Part shown: one piece after another, positions 39,200 through 48,220 of the stretch
Numbering within the stretch: position 1 is the first letter of the stretch
Layout of the letters: each line of letters begins with the position of its first letter
From: Dehalococcoidia bacterium
Lineage (GTDB): Bacteria; Chloroflexota; Dehalococcoidia; Lucifugimonadales; Australimonadaceae
Length of the DNA stretch: 64,000 nt
Reading direction: 5' to 3'
Assembly (NCBI GenBank): GCA_965242755.1
Contig: OZ251500.1
Location: 2,933,157-2,997,156 of the forward strand
Made by a program: the position numbers and the translations under genes
The notes under the pieces: generated by a model
Seen by the model: the letters and a program-made list of their open reading frames with translations, nothing else
The model's database searches: none
Told to the model about the DNA's origin: nothing

Positions 39200-40165
39200 T
39201 CAGCGCGTCACGCGGATGCGGCGGACGCGGGCGTCCGCCGCGCCGAGCCGATGCTTGTAGGGCTCGGCGCCGCGCAGCAGATCGAAGTAGGTTAGCCCTT
39301 GCTCGATGGCGTCTTTGATGCAGAGGGCTTTGAGCATCAGCCCGGCGGCGAGGTCGGCGTACTTGTGGCGGTAACCGCTGTTGTAGAGGAGGCGCTTGCC
39401 GTCGTAGTCGAAGGCGAGCACGGCGGCGGCGGGGTCGCCGTCCAACTCTAGTAGGAAGAGGCGCAGATAGCCGGCTTCCTGCATTCGCCGGGCGATGCTG
39501 CGGAAGAACGATTCGCGCTCGGGGCTGAGGAAGTCGCGCTTCTCCTCGCGGCTCTCGGCCATCACGTCGTTGAATACGGCGAGGTCGCGCTCGACGCCGT
39601 CAGGCGCCGCGAGGCGGACGCGGACTTCTCCGGCCGACTCGAGCCGGCGGAGTTTGCGGCGGAGTTCGTGGCGGTCTTTCTTGCGGAGGGATGCGAGGTA
39701 GTCGTCCCACGTCGGGGGGAGCGCGACGCCGGGGGCGACGTCCTCGTCTTCGATTTCGACGGCGCACCCGCGGGCGCGGGCGGCGTCGGGCAGGAGGCGC
39801 AGCGTCGGGGAGCGCTCCGGCACGGAGTCGAGCGTCATCGTTCGCCAATCCTCGCGCTCGAGGCAATCGAAGAGCGCGGGGTAGAAGGCGGGATCGGGGG
39901 CGATGAAGTCGTGGTAGTCGAAGAGGTCGGTTTCGCCGAGGAAGGAGAGGACGCCGCCGCGCAGGCGGAGGGGGGCGAGCCCCAGCGGAGCGTCGGGCGG
40001 GCCGACGGCGATGAGGCGGAGTTCGCCGTCGGCGCCGAACTCGTCCCACCAGGTTTCCTGCCATTCGGGGGTGAGGAAGACGCTGCGCCATGGCGCCTGG
40101 CGGAGCAGGCGCTCCCAGAGGGGGCGGGCGGGCGCGAAGGAGGCGGCTTCTGCGATGCAGGTCAA
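39200..40165 (-). CDS. GNAT family N-acetyltransferase (CelD/BcsL-like)
   Basis: [52 protein letters not shown]. Confidence 0.85.
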   Translation of the reverse strand: MTCIAEAASFAPARPLWERLLRQAPWRSVFLTPEWQETWWDEFGADGELRLIAVGPPDAPLGLAPLRLRGGVLSFLGETDLFDYHDFIAPDPAFYPALFDCLEREDWRTMTLDSVPERSPTLRLLPDAARARGCAVEIEDEDVAPGVALPPTWDDYLASLRKKDRHELRRKLRRLESAGEVRVRLAAPDGVERDLAVFNDVMAESREEKRDFLSPERESFFRSIARRMQEAGYLRLFLLELDGDPAAAVLAFDYDGKRLLYNSGYRHKYADLAAGLMLKALCIKDAIEQGLTYFDLLRGAEPYKHRLGAADARVRRIRVTR

Positions 40166-40731
40166 TGCAATCCCTCTCGGAGGAGGCTAAGCGCCTCGGC
40201 GCGGGTGGGGCCGTTGGCGACGAATACGCCGCGCAGGGCGGAGGTGACGATGGAGGAGCCGGGCTTGCGGACGCCGCGCATCGCCATGCAGAGGTGCTCG
40301 GCGCGGAGCACGACGGCGACGCCCTCGGGCTGGACGACTTCCATCACGGCGTCGGCGATCTGGGAGGTGAGGCGCTCCTGCACTTGGGGGCGCTTGGCGA
40401 ACACGTCGACGGCGCGCGCGAGTTTGCTGATGCCGACGACCTTGCCTCGCGGAATGTAGGCGACGTGGGCGGTTCCGAAAAAGGGAAGGAGGTGGTGCTC
40501 GCAGAGGGAATAGAAGGGAGCGTCGCGCATCAGCACCATTTCCTGGTGGTCCTCGTCGAACTGGACGGAGAGGACGTCGGCGGGGTCGAGGTCGTAGCCG
40601 GCGGCGGTCTCGGCGTACATTTGGGCGACGCGCTTGGGCGTGTCGCGCAGTCCCTCGCGGTCGGGGTCTTCGCCGACGGCGATGAGGAGTTCGCGGACGG
40701 CGCGGGCGGCGCGTTCATGGTCTACGGCCAA
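40162..40731 (-). CDS. folE: GTP cyclohydrolase I
   Basis: [49 protein letters not shown]. Confidence 0.97.
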   Translation of the reverse strand: MAVDHERAARAVRELLIAVGEDPDREGLRDTPKRVAQMYAETAAGYDLDPADVLSVQFDEDHQEMVLMRDAPFYSLCEHHLLPFFGTAHVAYIPRGKVVGISKLARAVDVFAKRPQVQERLTSQIADAVMEVVQPEGVAVVLRAEHLCMAMRGVRKPGSSIVTSALRGVFVANGPTRAEALSLLREGLH

Positions 40732-40733
40732 CG

Positions 40734-41801
40734 TTACGCTCCTGGGTCGCGCTCGAGCAGGCGCGCGACGGCTTCCATATCCGGGGGGGCGCTTTCCGGG
40801 GTACGGGCGAGGATCCGCTCGGCGACGGGAGCGTCCTTGAGGCCGGATCCGGTGATGACGCAGACGACGGTCGCGTCTGAGAATTCCTCGCCGGCTCGGG
40901 CGCGCTTGATAAGGGCGGCGACTCCGGCGGCGGATGCGGGCTCGCAGAAGATTCCCTCGGCGGCGGGAAGGAGCGCGTAGGATTCGAGGATCTCGTCGTC
41001 GGTGACGGCGTCTATCGCGCCGCCGGATTCGTCTCTTGCGGCGGCGGCGCGGGCCCAGTTGGCGGGGTTGCCGATGCGGATGGCGGACGCGACGGTTTCC
41101 GGATTGGGGACGGGGGCGCCGTTGACGATGGGGGCGGCCCCGGCGGCCTGCGCGCCCATCATCCGCGGGAGCCGGGTCGACTCGCCGTCCCGCGCGAACT
41201 CGCGGAAGCCCTCCCAGTAGGCGGTGATGTTGCCGGCGTTGCCGACGGGAATGAAGAGGTAGTCGGGGGCGTCGCCGAGGTCGTCCACGATCTCGAACGC
41301 GGCGGTTTTCTGCCCGGCGATGCGGTGGGGGTTGACGGAGTTGACGAGGGCGAATCGCTCGGCGTAGTCGGCGAGTTCGCGGGCGATGCGGAGCGCGTCG
41401 TCGAAGTTGCCCTCAATCGTCACGACGCGGGCGCCGTAGGCGACGGCTTGGCTCATTTTCCCCGGGGCGATGCTGCCCTGGGGGACGAGGACGACGGTTT
41501 CGAGGCCGGCGGCGGCGCCGTAGGCGGCCGCGGACGCGCTCGTGTTGCCGGTGGAGGCGCAGAGGAGGCGCGACATGCCGTCCTCCATCGCCTTGGCGAC
41601 GGCGACGACCATCCCGCGGTCCTTGAAAGAGCCGGTGGGGTTGCAGCCTTCGAGTTTGAAATGGAGCGCGCCGACGCCGAACCTGCGCTCAAGGTTGCGG
41701 GAGCGGACGAGCGGCGTGCCGCCCTCGCCGATGGTCAGCGCAGGCGTGGCCGCCGTGACCGGGAGGCGGTCGGCGTGGCGGACGAGGACTCCTGGGTTCA
41801 C
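40734..41801 (-). CDS. thrC: Threonine synthase
   Basis: [57 protein letters not shown]. Confidence 0.95.
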   Translation of the reverse strand: MNPGVLVRHADRLPVTAATPALTIGEGGTPLVRSRNLERRFGVGALHFKLEGCNPTGSFKDRGMVVAVAKAMEDGMSRLLCASTGNTSASAAAYGAAAGLETVVLVPQGSIAPGKMSQAVAYGARVVTIEGNFDDALRIARELADYAERFALVNSVNPHRIAGQKTAAFEIVDDLGDAPDYLFIPVGNAGNITAYWEGFREFARDGESTRLPRMMGAQAAGAAPIVNGAPVPNPETVASAIRIGNPANWARAAAARDESGGAIDAVTDDEILESYALLPAAEGIFCEPASAAGVAALIKRARAGEEFSDATVVCVITGSGLKDAPVAERILARTPESAPPDMEAVARLLERDPGA

Positions 41802-41814
41802 GCTTCCTCTCCCG

Positions 41815-43131
41815 TTACGATTGGCTCACGCCGGAGCCGTCCTCGATGCGGATGAGTTTCGGCTGGCCGCAGACGACGTCGAGCGCCTCGATGCGCCGGA
41901 CGGCCTCCTGCACGTCCTGTTCGCGGGCGCGGTGCGTGACGATGACGACCTCCGCCGGGCCGCCCGCGTCCTCCGGCGCCTCCTTCTGAATGACGGAGGC
42001 GAGGCTTACGCCCATATCGCCGAGCGCGCCCGTGATTCGCGCCATCACGCCCGGCCTGTCGGCGGCCTTCATCCGCAGATAGTACTTCGTCTCCAGATCC
42101 GCCATCGGCAGGATCCGGAGGGGCGCGCCGACGTCAGGATACGCGAGCGCGCCGCCGGAGGGGGCGGCGCGGACGATGGCGATGAGATCGCCGATGACGG
42201 CGGACGCCGTCGCGCTCGGCCCGGCGCCGGGCCCTTGGAACATCGTCCAGCCGACGAGGCCGCCCTCGAGTTCGACGGCGTTGTAGACGCCGTCCACTTT
42301 GGCCAGGGGATGGCGTTCGGGCAGGAACGCAGGGTGGACGCGGGCGCGGACGGCGCCGTTCTCCAAGCGGCTCGCCGCGAGCAGTTTGATCGCGTAGCCC
42401 AACTCGCGGGCGTAGCGGAAGTCCGCTGCGTCGAGATTGCGGACGCCTTCGCGGAAGACGTCGGGCTCGCGGACCGCGCCGCGGAAGGCCAGCGCGCTGA
42501 GGATCGCGAGTTTGTAGGCGGCGTCCGCGCCGTCCACGTCTTCGGACGGGTCGGGCTCGGCGTAGCCGTTGCGCTGCGCCTCGGCGAGGGCTTCGTCGTA
42601 GGACGCGCCGTCCTGCGCGATGCGCGTCAGAATGTAGTTCGTGGTGCCGTTGATGACGGCGTTGACGGCGGCGATGCGGTTGGCGGCGAGGTCGCGGACG
42701 AGAGGGCCGATGATGGGAATGCCCCCGCCGACGCTGGCCTCGAAGGCGAGGGCGGCGTCGTTCGCGGCGGCGAGCGCGAGCAATTCCGGCCCGTGCCGCG
42801 CGATGACCTTTTTGTTGGCGGTCACGACGTGCTTGCCTGCGCGCAGCGCGGATTCAATGTAGGCGAGCGCGGGCTGTTCGCCGCCCATCGACTCGATGAC
42901 GACGTCCACGCCGTCGCCGCTGAGGAGGGCGGACGGATCGCCGGTTACGGCTAGGCCCGGCGGGAGGCCGGGGCGCGGCTTGGCGGGATCGCGGACGAGC
43001 GCCCCGACGAGGCGCATCGGGCGGCCCGCGGCGCGCTCCAGCGCGGCCGCGTCGTCCGCGAGCGTTCGCGCCGCCTGTCCGCCGACCGCTCCCGCGCCGA
43101 GGAGCGCGACGCCGACGCCTGCCTCGCTCAT
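41815..43131 (-). CDS. hom: Homoserine dehydrogenase with C-terminal ACT domain
   Basis: LLGAGAVG, HVVTANK, FEASVGGGIP, NGTTNYIL, GYAEPDP, GPGAG..TASAV, DRPGV; ATG overlaps the upstream stop. Confidence 0.96.
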   Translation of the reverse strand: MSEAGVGVALLGAGAVGGQAARTLADDAAALERAAGRPMRLVGALVRDPAKPRPGLPPGLAVTGDPSALLSGDGVDVVIESMGGEQPALAYIESALRAGKHVVTANKKVIARHGPELLALAAANDAALAFEASVGGGIPIIGPLVRDLAANRIAAVNAVINGTTNYILTRIAQDGASYDEALAEAQRNGYAEPDPSEDVDGADAAYKLAILSALAFRGAVREPDVFREGVRNLDAADFRYARELGYAIKLLAASRLENGAVRARVHPAFLPERHPLAKVDGVYNAVELEGGLVGWTMFQGPGAGPSATASAVIGDLIAIVRAAPSGGALAYPDVGAPLRILPMADLETKYYLRMKAADRPGVMARITGALGDMGVSLASVIQKEAPEDAGGPAEVVIVTHRAREQDVQEAVRRIEALDVVCGQPKLIRIEDGSGVSQS

Positions 43132-44141
43132 TGGAGGTCTTCCAACTGGCGCAGCGCCCAATTCCCGTCGCCTTGCGTGAAATCGTAGACGACCTCGACG
43201 CTCCGCTCGTCCAGCCATTGCTGGTACGCGCGGTTGCCGAGCAGACGGCGCATCTCCTCGCTGACCGGCTGCTCCGATGGGCCGTCGGTCACGCGGAACA
43301 CGACGCTGCCGATGGTGGTGGTGTGGGGCCCCTGGAGTTCCCCTTGCGTAACGTCGTCAGCGAAGAGCAAGCGCTCAAGGTCGGCGGGGAACGCGCCCTC
43401 CGGAACCCAGCCGAGGTCGCCGTCCGCGTCGCCCAGCGCCTGATCGAGGTGCAGTTCAGCGGCGATGTCCGCCAACTCCTCGCCGTCCTCGAGGCGCTCC
43501 ATCGCGTCGCCGGCCTGTTCGGAAGATGATGCGACGATCCACTCGACGTAGATCTGCTCCGCCGTCTCCGGGCTCTGCGCGGCGAAATGATCAAGGGCGG
43601 CCTCGGAGCGGAGTTCCCCGGCGATCCAGTCGCGGTGATCGGCGTCGCTCACGCCGAAGGCGTCAAGGAAGGCGTCGAGCGTGTCGCGCCCCTCTTCGCT
43701 GAGGGACGGCGGCGGCTCGGCGTTTTCATCGTCGGAGGGCGGCTCGAATTGCCGGACGAGTTCCGCGTCGACGTCCGCCTGCGTGACGTTCGCGTCGAGT
43801 TCGTCGGCGCGGCGCTCGAGGATGACGTTGCGGACGAGCGCGCTGAGGGCGGCGTTGGGGTTCAGCGATCCGGACGCCGGGGCGGTGAGCGCGGTGTAGG
43901 GGACGACCTCGCTAAGTTGGACGGCGACGCCCTCGAATTCGGCGACGACTTTGCGGGGAGGGCGGTAGGAGTTGAACCACCAGCCGACAGAGAGGAGCGC
44001 GACGAGGGCGACGGCGGCGACGGCGATGACGCCGTAGAGGATGCGCTGGGCTCTACGGTCGCTGATGCGGCGGCGGCTTCCGGTTGCCTGCGAAGCCGAA
44101 CGCGCCGCTTGCTGGCGTTCCGCGCGGCGGCGTTGTCGCAT
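43128..44141 (-). CDS. Membrane-anchored SurA/PrsA-like foldase (degenerate parvulin domain)
   Basis: Basic N-terminus plus one TM helix; VTQADVDAE; RLEDGEELADIAAEL..GDLGWVP; YQQWL. Confidence 0.7.
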   Translation of the reverse strand: MRQRRRAERQQAARSASQATGSRRRISDRRAQRILYGVIAVAAVALVALLSVGWWFNSYRPPRKVVAEFEGVAVQLSEVVPYTALTAPASGSLNPNAALSALVRNVILERRADELDANVTQADVDAELVRQFEPPSDDENAEPPPSLSEEGRDTLDAFLDAFGVSDADHRDWIAGELRSEAALDHFAAQSPETAEQIYVEWIVASSSEQAGDAMERLEDGEELADIAAELHLDQALGDADGDLGWVPEGAFPADLERLLFADDVTQGELQGPHTTTIGSVVFRVTDGPSEQPVSEEMRRLLGNRAYQQWLDERSVEVVYDFTQGDGNWALRQLEDLQ

Positions 44142-44885
44142 CTAGGCGTTCGTCTGCTCTTGAGATTCGGGCGCGCCCCCGGGCTCGGCCGCGTCCGCAG
44201 GCGGCGACTCGGCGGCGGGAGCGTCGGCCTCGGCGGGCGCGGCCTCCTCAGAGGGAGCCGCGGCGGACGCCTCGGCGGGCTGCGCCTCGGCTGCGGGAGC
44301 GTCGGCCTCGGGGGCAGGCGCCTCGGCAGTTCCCTCGGCGGGAGCGTCGGTCGCGGGGGCCGGGGCGGACGCCTCGGCGGGCTGCGCCTCGGCAGATCCC
44401 TCGGCGGGTTGCGCTGCGGCTGCGCCCTCGGCGGGTTGCGCTGCGGCTGCGCCCTCGGCGGGAGCGCCGGCTGCGGGGGCTGCGGGGGCTGGGGCCGACG
44501 CCTGAGCGGGCTGCGCTGCGGCGCCGGGCGGGGGCGAGCCGGACGGCCTGCCGTCGCGGGAGCGTCCGCCGTCGCGGTCGCGCCGGAAGCCGCCGCGCCC
44601 GCCGCCCCGGTCAGGGCGCGTCATTTCGATGAGGCTGTGGGATCCGGTGTAGGGCAGGAGCGCGAGGAAGCGGGCGCGCTTGATGGCGACGGCGAGTTTC
44701 CGCTGATGCCGGGCGCGCGTGCCGGTGCGCCTGCTGGAGTCGATCTTGCCCCACTCGGAGACAAAGCGGCGCAGGACGGGCACGTCCTTGTAACTCGGCG
44801 TCTTCTTCTCGGCGCTGAAGTAGCAGACCTTCCGCCGGGGGAAGAATCGCCGCCCTCCGGGGCGCCGCCGTCTCGTGCTCTGCAT
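44142..44885 (-). CDS. rpsR: 30S ribosomal protein S18 with a ~165-aa low-complexity C-terminal extension
   Basis: [45 protein letters not shown], then RGG and A/P/E repeats. Confidence 0.95.
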   Translation of the reverse strand: MQSTRRRRPGGRRFFPRRKVCYFSAEKKTPSYKDVPVLRRFVSEWGKIDSSRRTGTRARHQRKLAVAIKRARFLALLPYTGSHSLIEMTRPDRGGGRGGFRRDRDGGRSRDGRPSGSPPPGAAAQPAQASAPAPAAPAAGAPAEGAAAAQPAEGAAAAQPAEGSAEAQPAEASAPAPATDAPAEGTAEAPAPEADAPAAEAQPAEASAAAPSEEAAPAEADAPAAESPPADAAEPGGAPESQEQTNA

Positions 44886-44949
44886 TTTTAGGCGTTCTCC
44901 TCGCTGGTTGGCGCGCGGCGTTCGCTTTCGACCCGCGCGATGCGTCCGT

Positions 44950-45459
44950 TCAGAAGGGCAGGTCGTCGGGGGACTGCGCGTCGGACGGGGCGAAGTCGCC
45001 TCCGCCGTAGCCGCCGCTTTGCCGGTAGCCTCCGCCGTAGCCGCCCGGCGGGGCTCCGCCTTGCGCGGCCCCGCCCGCGGCGTACCCGCCGCCCGCAGCG
45101 TACCCGCCGCCGCCCGCGTACTCGTCGCCCTCGCCGGGGCGGTCAAGGAAGAGCACGCGGTCGGCGATGATTTCGTTTCGGAAACTCATCTGGCCGTCCT
45201 GCCGCTGGTAGGAATTGCTGTGCAAGCGGCCTTCCACGTAGGCTTTGCGCCCCTTGGCGAGGTACTGGTTGACCTGCTCCGCCAAGTTGCGCCAAGCGAC
45301 GACGGTGAACCACTCCGTTTCCTGCTTGCGCTCGCCGTCGGGCGAGTTGAAGGAGCGGCTGGTGGCGATGCGGAATGACGTCACCGGAGCGCCGGAGGGC
45401 GTGTACCGCATCTCCGGGTCGGTTCCCACGTTTCCGATGACCATAATCCTGTTCAGCAT
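44950..45459 (-). CDS. ssb: Single-stranded DNA-binding protein
   Basis: [33 protein letters not shown]-rich linker; DDLPF tip. Confidence 0.98.
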   Translation of the reverse strand: MLNRIMVIGNVGTDPEMRYTPSGAPVTSFRIATSRSFNSPDGERKQETEWFTVVAWRNLAEQVNQYLAKGRKAYVEGRLHSNSYQRQDGQMSFRNEIIADRVLFLDRPGEGDEYAGGGGYAAGGGYAAGGAAQGGAPPGGYGGGYRQSGGYGGGDFAPSDAQSPDDLPF

Positions 45460-45471
45460 CGGCGCGCCCTC

Positions 45472-45762
45472 CTACTCCTCGTCCAGCCGGATGAGGAGGT
45501 GGCGGATGACGTCGTCGGTGAGTTTGAGGGCGTTGTCGAGGACGGCGGCGCCTGCGCCTTCCATCTCGAGGTTGGCGAGGTGGTAGTTGGCTTCGGTGAA
45601 GCGGCCGATCTTGTAGGCGAGTTTGCGCTTGCCCCAGTTGTCCTCGCCGGTGACGTCCCCGCCGTGGTCGGCGGCGACGCGGCGCACGCGCTCAACGACC
45701 GCGCCGAGGCGCGTCTCGTCGGCGTCCGGATGCACGAGCAACACTAATTCGTACTGACGCAC
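45472..45762 (-). CDS. rpsF: 30S ribosomal protein S6
   Basis: (M)RQYELVLLVHP..WGKRKLAYKI..VIRHL; GTG start after AGGAG. Confidence 0.96.
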   Translation of the reverse strand: MRQYELVLLVHPDADETRLGAVVERVRRVAADHGGDVTGEDNWGKRKLAYKIGRFTEANYHLANLEMEGAGAAVLDNALKLTDDVIRHLLIRLDEE

Positions 45763-45822
45763 CGTCTCTCCTGTGTTCCCGAAATCGCAGCGCAGCGGCG
45801 TAGGCGCCGCCCGCGTCCCGCA

Positions 45823-45852
45823 AGTATAGCGCAACGGAGCGCGCGGCGGCAA
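45823..45852 (-). promoter_or_regulatory. Putative sigma70 promoter of the rpsF operon (TTGCCG-N18-TATACT)
   Basis: Hexamers on the minus strand 60 nt upstream of rpsF. Confidence 0.5.
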
Positions 45853-45904
45853 GCGCTTGGGGAAATGCGCGCCGTCGCAGCGCCGCGCTGCTTAATCGGG
45901 CGGA

Positions 45905-46918
45905 CTAGACGTCCAGTTTCAGCAGGCGGCGGGCGTTGCCCTCGTAGATCTTTTGCTTGTCCTCTATGGAGGCGGTGACGCCGTCCATCGCGGCGAGCGT
46001 GGAGCGAATGTAGCCCGAGCCCTTCTCCGGGTCGAACGGGGCGTCGGACGCGAAGAGGACGCGGTCGGCGCCGAAGAAGGCGAGGCCGCACTCTGTGGCG
46101 GGCACGGAGCCGAAGGTGGCGGTGTCGGCGTAGAACATGCGGAAGTAGTCGTAGGGGCGCTTGGCGAGGCGGGCGAGCGTCCCGGCCTCGTGGGGGTCGT
46201 CGCCGCGCCGCCCCAACTGGTCGAGCCCGGGGCCGACGCGCCCCTCGAAGAAGGGAACCATCCCGCCGAGGTGGTGCGCGATGATCTTGATGTCCGGATG
46301 CCTGTCGAAGAGGCCGGACATCACGATGCGCCCCATCGCGACGCTCGTTTCGTAGGGCCAGCCGAACGCCCACCACATATCGTACCAAGAGCGGTCTTCC
46401 GCCGCGTAGTCGGGGAACGCGGCGGAGCGCGTGGGATGCAGCCATATCGGAAGGTCATGGGCGGCCATCTTGTCGAAGACCGGCGCGAGTTCGGGGTCGT
46501 CGAGGGGGCGTCCGTTGACGTTGCTGAAGATTTGGACGCCCTTCGCGCCGAGGCCGTTGACGGCGCGGTCGATCTCGGCGAGGGCGGCTTCCGTGTTGTT
46601 CATCGGAAGGGCGGCGACGAAGCCGGGGAAGCGGTCGGGGTATTGCGACGCGACTTCCGCCATGCCGTCGTTGGCGATCTGAGCGAGTTCGGGGCTGTCC
46701 TCCGGCCCGGCGACGACCTCGATGGGCGGAAGGTTAAGGGAGAAGACCTGCTTGTAGTCCTCGCCGAACTGGTCGATCTTCTCGAAGCGGGCCTTGACGT
46801 CGTAGAGCATGGGTATGGCGGAGACGCGCTTCATCATATAGGCGCCATCCGCGCTCATCTCGGTCATCTTGTCGAAGTAGGGCTTGGGCAGGATGTGGTT
46901 GAAGATATCGATCTTCAC
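45905..46918 (-). CDS. Amidohydrolase-2 family protein (ACMSD/LigW-like decarboxylase or hydratase)
   Basis: KIDIFNH, NDGMAE..YPDRF, GAKGVQI, LPIWLHP, FGWPYET, IIAHHLGG..PF, FYADT, FGADRVLFASDAPF. Confidence 0.88.
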   Translation of the reverse strand: MKIDIFNHILPKPYFDKMTEMSADGAYMMKRVSAIPMLYDVKARFEKIDQFGEDYKQVFSLNLPPIEVVAGPEDSPELAQIANDGMAEVASQYPDRFPGFVAALPMNNTEAALAEIDRAVNGLGAKGVQIFSNVNGRPLDDPELAPVFDKMAAHDLPIWLHPTRSAAFPDYAAEDRSWYDMWWAFGWPYETSVAMGRIVMSGLFDRHPDIKIIAHHLGGMVPFFEGRVGPGLDQLGRRGDDPHEAGTLARLAKRPYDYFRMFYADTATFGSVPATECGLAFFGADRVLFASDAPFDPEKGSGYIRSTLAAMDGVTASIEDKQKIYEGNARRLLKLDV

Positions 46919-47141
46919 AGGGCCTCCGTTCGCTATGGCCGCGCGTTGGGCGCGCCGCGTAGGGAGAGAGTATACGCTACGCGGGAACGAGCGGCGCGGC
47001 GGCTCTTGCCGCATCCACGTTCGTCTCCGCCCGCGCAGCCTCGTCTTGCGAAGGCGAATCGCAAATGAAACCATCCGGCGGGTTGGCGCGTAGTCTCTTG
47101 CAACGGGGCGCCTGAGGGCGCGTAACGAAGGAGGGAGTTCG

Positions 47142-47945
47142 ATGCGGAAGCAGTGGATTGCGATGTTGTCCCTGGTGGCCTTGCTAGTGGTCGGGTCCGT
47201 CGCCGGGTCGGCGTTCGCCCAGACGGCGACGCCCGCCGACGCGGACAGCGCCGCGGTGAGCGCGGAGCGCGGGGACGACTCGGACGGCGACGCGAGCGAA
47301 GGCGCGGGCGGCGACCCGAGCGCGAAAGAGGAACTCGTCGAGGACGACGCGAAGCCCGGGAAGGAGCGGTTCGTCGAACTGCTCGCGGCCAACCTCGGTA
47401 TCAGCGTGGACGACGCGCAAGCCGCGCTCGACGCGACCTACGAGCAGTTGAAAGAGGAGCGGCGCGAGGCGATGGAGCAGGCGATCCGCGACGCTCTGGC
47501 GAAGGCCGTGGAGGCCGGCAAAATCACGCAAGAGGAGGCCGACGCGAAAATCGCGGCGTTCCTCGCCAAGATTGACGCGCTCGAGCAGATGATGGCGGAG
47601 CGGCGCGAGGCGATGGAGCAGGCGATCCGCGACATGCTGGCGAAGGCCGTGGAGGCCGGCGAGATCACGCAAGAGGAGGCGGACGCGAAGTTGGCCGAGT
47701 TCCTCGAGGATGGCGACTCCGTCTTCATGGGCGGGTTCGGCAAGCGAGGCCGCCACGGCGGATGGTCCGGCGGGTTCAGCGAGCGCGGCCGCGACGGATG
47801 GTTCGGCGATTTCGGCGAGCGCGGCCGCCGCGGCGGACACGGCGGATGGTTCGGGTTCGGCGGTTTCGGATTCGGCGAGCGAACGGAAGGAACGGACAAG
47901 AACTGGGACGACTCCATCTACGCCGGCAAGGACGCCGCCGCGTAA
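47142..47945 (+). CDS. Secreted hypothetical protein with an internal duplication and a G/F/R-rich tail
   Basis: Signal peptide ending SAFA-Q; ERREAMEQAIRD.LAKAVEAG.ITQEEADAK twice; strong RBS. Confidence 0.8.
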   Translation: MRKQWIAMLSLVALLVVGSVAGSAFAQTATPADADSAAVSAERGDDSDGDASEGAGGDPSAKEELVEDDAKPGKERFVELLAANLGISVDDAQAALDATYEQLKEERREAMEQAIRDALAKAVEAGKITQEEADAKIAAFLAKIDALEQMMAERREAMEQAIRDMLAKAVEAGEITQEEADAKLAEFLEDGDSVFMGGFGKRGRHGGWSGGFSERGRDGWFGDFGERGRRGGHGGWFGFGGFGFGERTEGTDKNWDDSIYAGKDAAA

Positions 47946-47977
47946 TTCCGCCCGCAATCGGCGACGCGCGACTAGAT

Positions 47978-48015
47978 GAGGAGGGGCTGCCCCGCAGCAG
48001 GGCGGCCCCTCCTTC
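47978..48015 (+). terminator. GC-rich hairpin, probable terminator
   Basis: GAGGAGGGGCTGCCC-loop-GGGCGGCCCCTCCTTC just after the stop; weak U-tract. Confidence 0.6.
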
Positions 48016-48102
48016 GTCGTTGAGGCAGGGATAGGTTCCGGCTTGCGCGAACTTGGGCGCTGCGCCAACGCACCCTTCAGAGACCTTTGCGGCAACCTAC
48101 CG

Positions 48103-48199
48103 CCCTGCCCGCGCAGGAGGGAATCCAGCAACGACGCGCAAGCGCCTCTGATTCCCTCTCCCTGCTAGGGAGAGGACGCCGCGAAGCGGCGGGTGAGGG
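48103..48199. repeat. Adjacent REP-like family A and family B copies
   Basis: CCCGCGCAGGAGGGAATCCAG, then CCCTCTCCCTGCTAGGGAGAGG..GGGTGAGGG. Confidence 0.7.
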
Positions 48200-48220
48200 T
48201 TGCGCCCCGCAGCGCCCCTG

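Noticed and set aside
45000..45125. GGY repeats in ssb as a novelty
   Set aside because: Gly-rich disordered linkers are normal in SSB.
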